From contig OZ024741.1 in the NCBI GenBank assembly GCA_964016885.1, forward strand, positions 332,878,001-332,942,000: a stretch of 64,000 bases of DNA. Reading direction: 5' to 3'. A program made the position numbers and the translations under genes. The notes below the pieces were generated by a model, which saw only the letters and a list, made by a program, of their open reading frames with translations, had not been told where the DNA came from and did no database searches. The DNA comes from Eledone cirrhosa. Its lineage: Eukaryota. Below are positions 12,751 to 25,547 of this stretch, in pieces; within the stretch, counting starts at the first letter, position 1; every line of letters starts with the position of its first letter.

Positions 12751-13579
12751 CTAAAATTGATTAAGGGTTCTGTTTCAGTTCACTTAATCACTAGGCCATC
12801 ATCACTCTCATCATCATTTAATGACTGCTTTCTCTGCTAACAAGGATTGGTCAGGTCTTCTCCAGACCAGGTCATTACTCAAGTGAAGCCCATAGCTTAG
12901 TAATATATTACTATTCATATATTTATTTATTTAATCAATTTAAACGTCCATATAGAACTAATAAGCCATGGCAGACAAAAGGAAATATCTAGTATATTTT
13001 ACAGTTGAGAAATGAAAACAAACAAACAAGATAGACAGAGATAAGTGAATATAAAAGAAAATTAAACAGGGAAGACCAACAGGAGGCAAAATACTTAATG
13101 TTGTGAGGGAATATGTTTAATGAATTCTAAATTACACACATAAAGAAAATAATTAAAAAAAATCATAAGTATTAATGATAATTCTTGTCAAGAAAGACAA
13201 GGAAGACAACTCTGAAATCGAAATAATTGATTAAAAATTGAGGAATGAGTTTTGAATTTTAGTAAGTAGTGTGGTAACTCTGGACATGTTTAAGGCATAT
13301 TAAACCTCCTTGTTGTATTGTCATAAACTTCAAACACTTCTTTTTAAAAACATATCTATAATTTGTTTTTCAAGGTTTTTGATATGAAATCGTGTGTTGA
13401 AACAATATATCAATATTTATAATTGCCTTTATCTTTTCCTCACATATTTTAAAATGAAATAATCTCAAATATAATTAAAACAAATGCAGCCTTTATTCAT
13501 GCACTTTTCTTTGGTCACCACTCATAGATTTGGAACTGCAAATTTAAAGAGTAGAGTTTGTATGGTGAGCTAAAACACA

Positions 13580-14640
13580 CAGTAAACTACTACTGTACAA
13601 CAACCAATATGCTAAACACCAGTTACTCTAAAGTACTTCACAATAAACTACTATTGTACCACAACTAAAATACCAAACACCAGATGCTGTAATATATCTC
13701 ACAATAAACTACTTCTGTGTCACAGTTAATATACCAAACACCAGATACTGTAATATACCTCACAATAAACTACTTCTGTATCACAACCAATATACCAAAC
13801 ACTGTAATATATCTCACAACATCCTACTTCTGTGTCACAGCCAATACACCAAACACCAGATGCTGTAATGTACCTCACAATAAACTACTACTGTACCACA
13901 ACCAATATACCAAACAACAGTTACTGTAATGTACCTCACAACAAACTACTTCTGTGTCACAACCAATATACCAAACAGTGTAATATATCTCACAACAAAC
14001 TACTTCTGTGTCACAACCAATATACCAAATAGTGTAATATATCTCACAACAAACTACTTCTGTGTCACAACCAATATACCAAATAGTGTAATATATCTCA
14101 CAACAAACTACTTCTGTGTCACAACCAATATACCAAATAGTGTAATATATCTCACAACAAACTACTTCTGTGTCACAACCAATATACCAAACAGTGTAAT
14201 ATATCTCACAACAAGCTACTTCTGTGTCACAACCAATATACCAAATAGTGTAATATTTCTCACAACAAACTACTTCTGTGTCACAACCAATATACCAAAC
14301 AGTGTAATATATCTCACAATAAACTACTTCTGTGTCAACCAATATACCAAACAGTGTAATATATCTCACAACAAACTACTTCTGTGTCACAACCAATATA
14401 CCAAACAGTGTAATATATCTCACAACAAATTACTTCTGTGTCACAACCAATATACCAAACAGTGTTATATATCTCACAACAAACTACTTCTCTATCACAG
14501 TTAATATACAAAACACCAGTTACTGTAATATACCTCATAACAAACTACTTCTATATCACATCTAATATACCAAACATAACCTATTGTAATGTACTTCAGA
14601 ATGTATCACAAGAATAAACTTCATTTGTGTCACAAGCAAT
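13580..14640. repeat. 54-bp minisatellite with diverged edges
   Basis: Unit TGTAATATATCTCACAACAAACTACTTCTGTGTCACAACCAATATACCAAACAG; produces the 18-aa repeating ORFs. Confidence 0.95.
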
Positions 14641-15169
14641 ATAGCAAAAGACCAGCTCTTGTCATATGCTGGGATCTGCGAATTGCTGAAATTGTTGGTG
14701 TTATCAAAAGATGACTGCAAACATCAGGGGCTTGATTAGATACATTCTACATTATAATACTTAGTCCCTTTCAAGACCCACCTCCCATTTCAGGAAGTCA
14801 CTTACTGATAACAAAGGGTAATGATGGACATTTTATTATTATTATTATTATTATTATTAATAATTTTTTTTTGGCTTCTTAGTGCAAGTGATTGTTCATA
14901 TTTCTGTCTTTTATTTTGTTATTTTACATGGTTGTTGTTATTTATTGCTAAAGGTGTTGACAGCGGTTGTGGTGGTGGTGGTGACGGTGGTTTGAGATTG
15001 TCAGTGTATGTAGAGACAGTAAAAATAAAACAAACACTAGTCAAATCATTGTTATGATTGATAAGTGCAGTCAATGATTTCATCATCGTGTTTCTGTGTT
15101 TCTTGCATCCTTGTTAGTTAAATCATTAGCTGTGAGAAATGTGGAAGGTGGTTGTTTGTGTGTTTATTG

Positions 15170-17067
<1,898 letters not shown>

Positions 17068-17667
17068 TTTGTTTACTCTGTTCTCTCTTTCTCTTGTCCC
17101 CACTCATCATTTTTATTTATTATCTCTATGTATTTTTTATCCTCATCCTTCTCATCATCCATTCAAGAATATAACTAATATTTGTTCAAATAAGCTCCAT
17201 TCACCATTTCACGACTGGAAAAGGCAGAAGAACTACACTGTGGACATCTGTGTGGACAGAGAGAGGGCATTCTGTATCATTAGAAGATATACCTTGCCTT
17301 TGATGTTATACCAATGACTGCAACTCTATAGTGATGATGGCATAAATGGTCGCTTCACATACTTCATCAGGTTGTTTGTTTAGAGAGATGGAAAAAGAGT
17401 ATATGTATGTAAGAGGGAGAGAGAGAGTGAGTATGTGTGTAAGAGGGAGAGAGAGAGTGAGTATGTGTGTATGAGAGAGAGAGGGAGAGTGTGTGTGTGT
17501 GTGTGTGTATGTAAGAGAGAAAGAGAAAATATAACATTTTAGAAATGTTTCCATACTAATTTTAACTTGGTTCTGTTTCTGTGAGTCAACCAGTCATTTT
17601 CTGAGGCCATATAATAACAAGTATTATTAATATTATCATTATCTATGGAAATATTATTATTATGGTG

Positions 17668-17850
17668 AATTGGCAGTATCGGTAGAGGGTCGGATGCCAT
17701 GCTTTGTAGTATACAGTTAAGTCCCTTTACGGTCTGAGTTTAAATCCCGTCGAGGTTAACTTTGCCTTTCATCCTTATGGGGTCGATAAAATAAAGTACC
17801 AGTAATGCACTGGGATAATTGCTGACCTTGTGCCAAAATAGAAACAATTA
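17668..17850 (+). mobile_element. tRNA-SINE (Meta-like domain), near full length
   Basis: TGGCAGTATCGGTAGAG A-box-like, GAGTTTAAATCCC B-box-like, core and tail as above. Confidence 0.85.
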
Positions 17851-18153
17851 TTATTATTGTATTTTTATTGCCCGTCATTACTGCTTTACCAAGCACAGCT
17901 CTGTATGCCTTGGGTATGAGCAGTGTAGTTTTTGCTGATGTTGTTTCTATTGTATTGAGAGTACTTTTCGTAATATGTGTGCAGTGTCTAGTAGTGCTAT
18001 CTTTTGTATGTTGTATATATTGGTAAGTCCTGGGGTTTTGGCTATGTATTTGTCTGTGTGTATTTTTATCATTCCTAGAGCACCTATTATTATAGGTATT
18101 GTTTCTGTTTTCATTTTCCACATTCGAGTTATTTCTATTTCTAGATCTTTATA
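17848..18153 (-). mobile_element. R4/Dong-clade LINE 3' end
   Basis: YKDLEIEITRMWKMKTETIPIIIGALGMIK...IQKIALLDTAHILRKVL*, followed by a (TAA)n tail. Confidence 0.85.
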
Positions 18154-21100
18154 CAGAGAATGGGAAGAGAGAACTGGTCAGGAATAGGCATGCAAATGCT
18201 AATACAGTCAGACCAGGCATGCATCGAGGCCATCCCAGACATCATAGACCTCGAAGAAGGGCTCCAACTCCCTATAAGCATGGAAGGAAGGCACCCAAAG
18301 TGCTATCTCTGCAGGCAGAAGGCTCTGAGGTGACCCTTCTGCCCGCAGAAGACAGCCAAGAAGAGGGCCCCCCTCCTTCCGACGCCTAATCCGCTACTAC
18401 CAAGAGCAGGGCAGGCAACAGGGGCAGAAAACCTTTCCGTGGTGAGTAGGAGGGCAACGTCCGTGGCACCCATACCAAGGCCACGGACAACTAAAGCAGC
18501 GGCAGCAGTGGCGGCAACACCAACAGTTGCAGTAGCCACACTGGCGGCAAAATCGCCGGAGCGGGCTCCACTATCACCACCAACAGCAGTGGAGCTCATA
18601 CCCCTCCCAGACGCAATGGAATCTGACATGAAGTATGAGGCGGGAGGGAAGTGAAAAACGATTTGCCACAAAAAACAAGAGGAAAAACCCTTTAACTTCA
18701 CCCTCCAAAAGTGAAGGCAGACAATGAGGGGTAAAGGCTGCAAGGAGACTTGCAGCAACATCACCACCATCACCATCACCACCACAAGCATCACTACCAA
18801 CAACAATCACACCACCACCAGCATCACCAAAAATACCAACATCGCAAACACAACAAAACACACACACCCAACAACAACAACAAGAAAACAGCAACAAAAT
18901 CACCCCTTCTCCAAAAAAGTATACAGCCAGAAACATGGCAAATAAAGAACTCATACAACATATAAAGCAGCACACAGACATCAGGGGAAAAAACTACTAC
19001 ACCCACCAACACCAAGAACTCTCCCGACAAACATAAGCATCATTGAAATCAAAATAGAACAGTATAAACTTTTAAAACAAAAATTACCCAACGCAGTTGG
19101 AGACTTCAGAGGGTCGGTTACCAAGAGGATATACACTGACATCCTCTTGGAAACACCCATGACCAGCCAAAGGGACGGTTCTACTGTACCTTCGCCACAC
19201 GATCAAGGTAAGTTACCCTTTCTCATCCAACATGGCCGTACTTAGAATAGGCAGTATAAATGCACGTGGCCTGGGGTCATCTTGGAAGCAGGGTCACCTG
19301 CTCAACGACCTCAGGTCTCTAAACATAGATATGGTGGCCATCAGCAAGACCAGAATCTCCAAAGCACGAGCCTTCGCACTGATCTTCGGCGGCTACGATG
19401 TATACGCATCTCCCAGCCGTCCAGGATCGGGAGGGAGGGGTGGCCGTGCTTTTTCGGAGAGGCTTGCATCTCGCCATACGGGCCATCTTCCTGGACCCAG
19501 AAGGTAAGTCGGTGATGCTGGACGTGATCGGCAGCGAAGGCAATGCTTTCAGGCTAGTAGCTGTCTACGCCCCAACTGGGGTAGGACGGCCAGATTTCTT
19601 CAGACGTCTAGAGACCTTTCTTGGAACGTCCCGCTCTTTAGTGTTAGTCGGCGACTAGAACGGTATCTTAGATGCACACTGGGATTGTGTAGGACTAGTA
19701 GACAGGACAGGAGGGTGTAAAAGCCTCAACAATCTGCTCAGACGTTTTGAACTGTCTGACAGGTATAGACTGGATTATCCGAATGTGTACCAATGTGGAC
19801 GTGAGCAAACCGCATCGGGTCAACCAGATCGTATTTAGATAAGGTATTCTGTAGGGAAACAAATAAGGCTAGTGTAGGTTGTCCACAATTTAAAGTAGTC
19901 GGACCACAAATTTGTGATCTGTGAAGTTGATTTAGATAGACTCCATAGGCAAGGGCCCGGCTACTGGAAGCTGAACGCTTTGTTCCCAGCGCGCAAAGCT
20001 TACAGAGACCGGATTAGCGAATTAGTTAAGCGTGCGTTGACGGGTGCGATCGTCAATAACAGGGTTATTAGAGTAGAATCGATAAGATTTAGCAAAGGAG
20101 TAGTGATAGAGGAAAATAGAGTAGAGGGAGAGTTAGTTAGAAAGCTAGAAGAGACGTTTAGGACAGGCATCGCACCGATGTGCTTGCGGCGAGATTGGCA
20201 CTCGACCAATTCTTCAACGCAAAGCATGAAGGCTGCGTTGTCAGAGTTAGAGCGCGTGCTCTAAGACACGAGGGGACGAAAGCTGTTCAATGGGCCTGGG
20301 TGGTGGAGGCGCAATGTGACAACAAGTCCACAATTAATCTTTGCCTGATCAAAACGGGCGCATGTTGCTCGAACCCGAACAGATGTGTGCGGCTTTTCAA
20401 CAGCACTTTGCTCGATTGTTTGAGAGCGGCGGGCCGGATCGGAATATGGAGTTCGGTGCATACCTCGACGGACTGCCGTGGCTCTTTCAACGACTGCAGC
20501 GCAGTGCAGCGAAAGGCCGATAACAGCCAATGAAATACGGAAAGCGATGTTTGACTTCACGAGGGGTAAATCGCCAGGTTTGAACGGTCTACCCTACGAG
20601 CTTTTTGCGTATATGCCAGACTTGTTCAGTGACCTCTTGGCAGATGTCTACTGCAACTGGCAGCAAAACAGGAGCATTCCCAGATTTGTGAGCTGGGGCG
20701 CGGTGGCGCTGCTGAGAAAAGACCCGAACAAGGGGGACGTTATAAACAACTTCAGGCCCATAACTCTGCTAAACACAGAGTTTAAGATTTTGGCCAAAGT
20801 GTTAGCAAAGAGATTGGCGCTTGTCGTCGGTGATCTGGTGGGAGAGGCGCAGACATGCGCCATTCTGGGCAGATCAATTCACGACAACCTCCATCTCATG
20901 CGATACATCATAGAGAGGGTGGTTAAGGAACCTGGCATGGGTGGGGCCCTGATCAACTTGGATCAATCTAAAGCATTTGATAGGGTCGACCATCGGTACC
21001 TGGCTGCGGTCCTTGAGGCGGCCGGCTTCAGGACCGTTTTTAGGGGCTGGATCGCTGCGATGCACAGCAACATCTGCTCGATTGTGAGGGTGAATGGTCA

Positions 21101-22876
21101 CCTGTCACAGCCTTTCAGCATCATGCGCTCGGTCCGCCATCGTTTACCCCTCTCGTCCCTCTTGTATGTACTGGCCCTTGAGCCGTTACTTCACGAATTG
21201 GAGATGATGAGGGAGATCCGACGCGAACTGGGATGCGGGAGATCCGTGTCAGCTCTCACCGACGACGTCACCGTGGTGGTGTCGAGCACCAAACACGTCC
21301 AGATGCTCGGCACCGCTCTCAAGGAATATGAAGCGGTGACAGGAGAAAAGATAAACTAGGAAAAGTCGGTGGGCTTGCAACTCGGCACCTGGAGAGCATC
21401 GTGCGGCGCTGGATGGAAGACCGGTTAAAATGCCCGGTGTCTGGTTCGGTCCGGACCTCCAGATGGAGAAAAACTGGAGCGAGGTGACGAGCAGGGTGGC
21501 CTCTCTCACCCAGAAATGGGCCGAGAGGAGGCGGTCTCTGAAAGGTCGGGCGGAGGTGGCGAATGCGTACATAGCGTTCGTCATCTAATACCGCCTGACT
21601 GTCGTACCTTGCCCTCGCCCAACTCTGAATAAAATGGAGCGCCTTCTCTTTCGCTTTTTATGGAAGGGACGTGCTCCTATGGTCAGACGATCCATTTGCT
21701 GTCAACACCCGTTGCGTGGAGGACTAGGCATGCCGTGGCTGATGATGCACAAAAATGCACTGAGGCTGCAACGTCTCTGGTGCTTCCTTGACGGTGAACA
21801 GGTGTGGTTGCCGTTTGCCAGACGCGCTTTTCCCCAGTTCGTCTCCTTGATGGAGCTGCAGTCCTGGATCAGGAAAAGACCGAGGGATAGCGCTTGGATG
21901 TTGGAATGTCTCTAAGCGTTAATGGCCCTCTACCAGCTGGGCACTAGTATCGGTGGAACATCCACCTCAGCGTTCTATAGAGGGCTAGTGGATGGAAAGA
22001 GCGACAACGTTCTCGGAGAGACCCTGGGCGTCGAAGACGATCAGCTGTTCGCTCTCTTCAAGAGAACTTTCAGACCGGGGCCTATGGACAACTTCCAGAA
22101 ATCCCTGGCCTAGCAGTGCTACCGGGGAGCGTTGCCAGTTTGGGATAAGCTCTACAGGCACGGAGGTGCTGCCAGCCAAGTCTGTCTGAGATGCGCGCAG
22201 AGTGATGAAACCGTGCTGCACACCCTCGTTCAGTGCCCGAGGATTGCTAACTTGTGGAGCTATGTCGAACAGTTGCTGTCGCATGTAGGACGGATCCGGT
22301 TATCGACTGAGTCCATTGTGCAGATAGCCCCGCCATCCTCCTTTAAAGAGGAGGAAGGGCAGGCAGTTTTCATCTGCCTGGTGGCCATGGCGAAAGAGAT
22401 TGTGTGGTGGACAAGGTTGAAAGGGATGAAGACGGACACTTTACTCTTCGGCCAATCCCTGATTAACTTTTTCAAGTTTCACTTGAAGAGGAAAATCAGG
22501 GTGGAGAGGCAAGTGTTGTCTTCTAGTAAGTTTGTTGAAAGGTGGGTGAAAGTGGCGAGTCTGGTCCGAGTGAACGAGCCCGCTCTGAATATGCGCCTGT
22601 AGACTGAGGAGTGGGAAAACTGAGAGAGGGCGCTTGCCCTGCTGGTCAGGGTGGCCATGGCCTTTTAGTGTGGTTTTTGCCACAAGTGACCCTCGGAGGT
22701 TTCTCCCTTTTTGGAGAATCTTTGTTTGAATTTTTTATTATTTATTTTTTTAATTTCTAGCCCAAATTTGTTACAACCTGTTTACATGACCGAAACCCAC
22801 TTTGTATCGTCCTGTACTGTTCTATGCCGTCTCTAATGTTTTTCTTCGTGTCAGCCCTTGTGGCCAATAAAGAAAC

Positions 22877-22913
<37 letters not shown>
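18154..22913 (+). mobile_element. Tx1/L1-clade LINE, near full length, decayed
   Basis: ORF1 remnant with CCHC knuckle (~18290-18345); ORF2 from 19232: APE endonuclease (SINARGL, VYAP, LVGD), RT (KSPGLNGLP, FRPITLLN, LDQSKAFDRV, TDDVT), zf CLRC...ETVLHTLVQCP; AATAAA and (ATT)n tail. Many stops and frameshifts. Confidence 0.93.
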
Positions 22914-22953
<40 letters not shown>

Positions 22954-23325
22954 ATAGTACTTTAGCACCATGATACCAACCCCTTTACAGGGTGTACAGG
23001 ATGCATTTTCCTGGCACCAGCATCAGAGAGGTTGTTAGTTATTATCCCAACTCTGGAAGATATATGATTTTATGGATGTATGGCAGGTGTGGTGGGATTT
23101 CGTAGTGTGATGAGTAGCATTGAAGGGGTGACCACTGATTGGATGGTGAGAAAAGTTAAAGAGTGGTAGTGGAGCAGGAATGGATGTAGGTGAATTCATA
23201 GTGATGAAGAGAATATGTTTATATATATATATATAAATGGAAAATAATGAAACAAAATTTCATTTCTCACTCTTAGTACGGCTGGTACTTATGGAACATA
23301 CTTACGTATATATATATATATATAA

Positions 23326-23487
23326 AACGAAGGAAGAGTGGTAAGGGACCAGGTGGACCATAATGCACTAGAGTACTCGATACTTTGGATAGTAGAGTGG
23401 GTAATAGAAAAAGAGGGACCCCGATGACAGAAATAGCCGTCGAAATGGCTTGAGCTCTGCCGTCGGGGTCCTGACTATTTTCCTATA
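23326..23487 (+). ncRNA. HHR-like element family B, copy 1 (core partly deleted)
   Basis: GACCCC...GACAG-AAAUAG-CCGUC-GAAA-UGGC-loop-GCCG-UC^GGGGUC; homologous to 42863-43015; preceded by (TA)n. Confidence 0.55.
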
Positions 23488-23574
23488 TATATTTTCCCAT
23501 ATCTTACGTTAATTATTTTCCATTTTGACGTTATATTATGAAATACTGTTAGCTTCTTGCTCACATTAATTTTC

Positions 23575-23630
<56 letters not shown>

Positions 23631-23634
<4 letters not shown>

Positions 23635-24855
23635 TCATCATCATCACCGTTTTACGCCCGTTCTTCCACGCTAGCATTGGTTAGACGGGTTGTCCTGTTG
23701 TGGGCAGTGTCCGGTCGCCTGACCATGCCTTGTTCATATGGGAACTGATTCTGGCTTGATTTCTACAGCTAGATGCTTTTCCTAACACCAACTTCATTTA
23801 CAGTTAGTGCTGGGTGCTTTTTTGCTGTGGCCCCTCCACGACCACTTTGCAGTGGGAGGGTGTGGGGGCATATTGTCTATATGCTTCAGCTTCAGCTTGT
23901 ACCCGTGGGGGTCAGGTCTTCTGTATTACTGCATGACGCCAGAGGTCACGGTCATGTGTCATCGCCTTTGAGAGGTGTAATTGGGTAAGAGCGGCTTTTA
24001 TCACCTCATCCCAGATCTTCTTGGGTCTCCCCATTCTGTGGTTTCCATCGACTTCTAGTGCTCTGCACCTTTTTATGCAGCTGTCATCCTTCATATGCAT
24101 CACATGTCCATACCAATGCAACCGCCTCTCATTCACACAGCATTTGATTCCTCTTATGCTCAGTCACGCTCTCAATTCATTTATGCTTTGCCGTTCGTGT
24201 ATATTACTATTACACATCCATCGGAGCATGCAGGCTTCGTTTCTTTCTAATTTACGCAAGTCTTCCACAGACAGCGCCCAGGTTTCGCTACCATGTAACA
24301 ATGCTGTTCGTATACACGCATCATACAGTTTGCCTTTCATTTTGAGGGAAAAACCTTTTGCAGCTAGCAGTGGCAGTAGCTCCCTGAACTTCTTCCATCC
24401 CGTTCTTACCCTAGTTATTGTACTTTCCAAACACCCACCTCCGCAGTTAATTCGGTCACCTAGGTAGCAGAAGCTGTCTACTGTTTCTACAGAGCCCTCC
24501 CAGAGTTTGGTGGCACTTGTTTCCTGTGGCTGTTTGCTGCTTGCTGTCCCAGCACAGCTGCTACATGTGAAGCCTATATTCTTAATTAAGCTTCCTGTGA
24601 TCCTGCTACATCTCTTGTGTACCCATTGTTTGCATTTGGGGCAGAGAATGGAGTTCCTACCTACATACTGAGCAAGGCCATTTCCCTGAGGGAATCTGGG
24701 TTCTGTTTTCTCGGCTACTTACAAGGACCTTAGTCTTTGTCATGTTGACTTTGAGACCCTTTCTTTCTAGTCCCTGCTTCCAAGTTTGGAATTTCTTCTC
24801 TAGTTCTACCATAGATTCAGCTGTAAGTGCGAGGTCATCTGCATACAGGAGTCCC
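23631..24855 (-). mobile_element. RTE-clade LINE 3' part
   Basis: LYADDL, PHD-like Cys cluster, RVRTGWKKFRELLPLL, LLHGSETW, RRLHWYGHV, GRPKKIW, (GAT)n tail. Confidence 0.9.
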
Positions 24856-25547
24856 CATATATATATATGTATATGTATATATATGTGTATGTATGTATAT
24901 ATGTATATGTATATATATGTATGTATATATGTGAGTGTGTATATTTATATATGCATGTATATATTTATAGAGAAAGATAGATGTGATTCATAATAGAGGA
25001 ATATATGAGTGCATATATGGCTCGCTATGGGTGTTTCAAACTGTGATAATGCCACAGCTACCTCAGTAACTGAGTGAAATAATGTGATGTTTACTCACTC
25101 AGTACTGAACTTATTCTTCTCACAATGCAGAATGATAAAATTCCAATTACGGGAAATTAAAAAATCTTGGAACACTAGTTAGTGTTTGACATTCTCAGAT
25201 AAGCATGACATATATACATTTATTATACATAAAGATATAATATATGCCTTCATTATACACACCAAATATATATATATACATTTAGGTTCACCACTGCATG
25301 GAACTGGTCATTCCGTATAGTCAATCTTGATGTAATATTAGGGAGAGCACTCGATGTAATGCAACTCACCTGTCTTCATTTGTGTTGTTGTTGGTGGAGC
25401 GAATACGGAGTTAATTATTATAAAATAACAGGAGGCTGGACAGGTGTAATTCCTTAAACATTTATTATATATGAACATTTCAATGAATCCGGTGACATCA
25501 TCAGGTATTCCGAAATTTATCCAACAAAGGAATATAATAATAGACAC

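Noticed and set aside
17165-17370. Possible host exon (also 14650-14820, 45585-45752)
   Set aside because: Stops in the frames I read, no recognisable domain and no convincing splice pair; needs RNA-seq.
18303-18806. Antisense ORF with a zinc-knuckle-like end
   Set aside because: Explained by the 12-bp micro-inversion in the sense-strand Tx1 ORF1.
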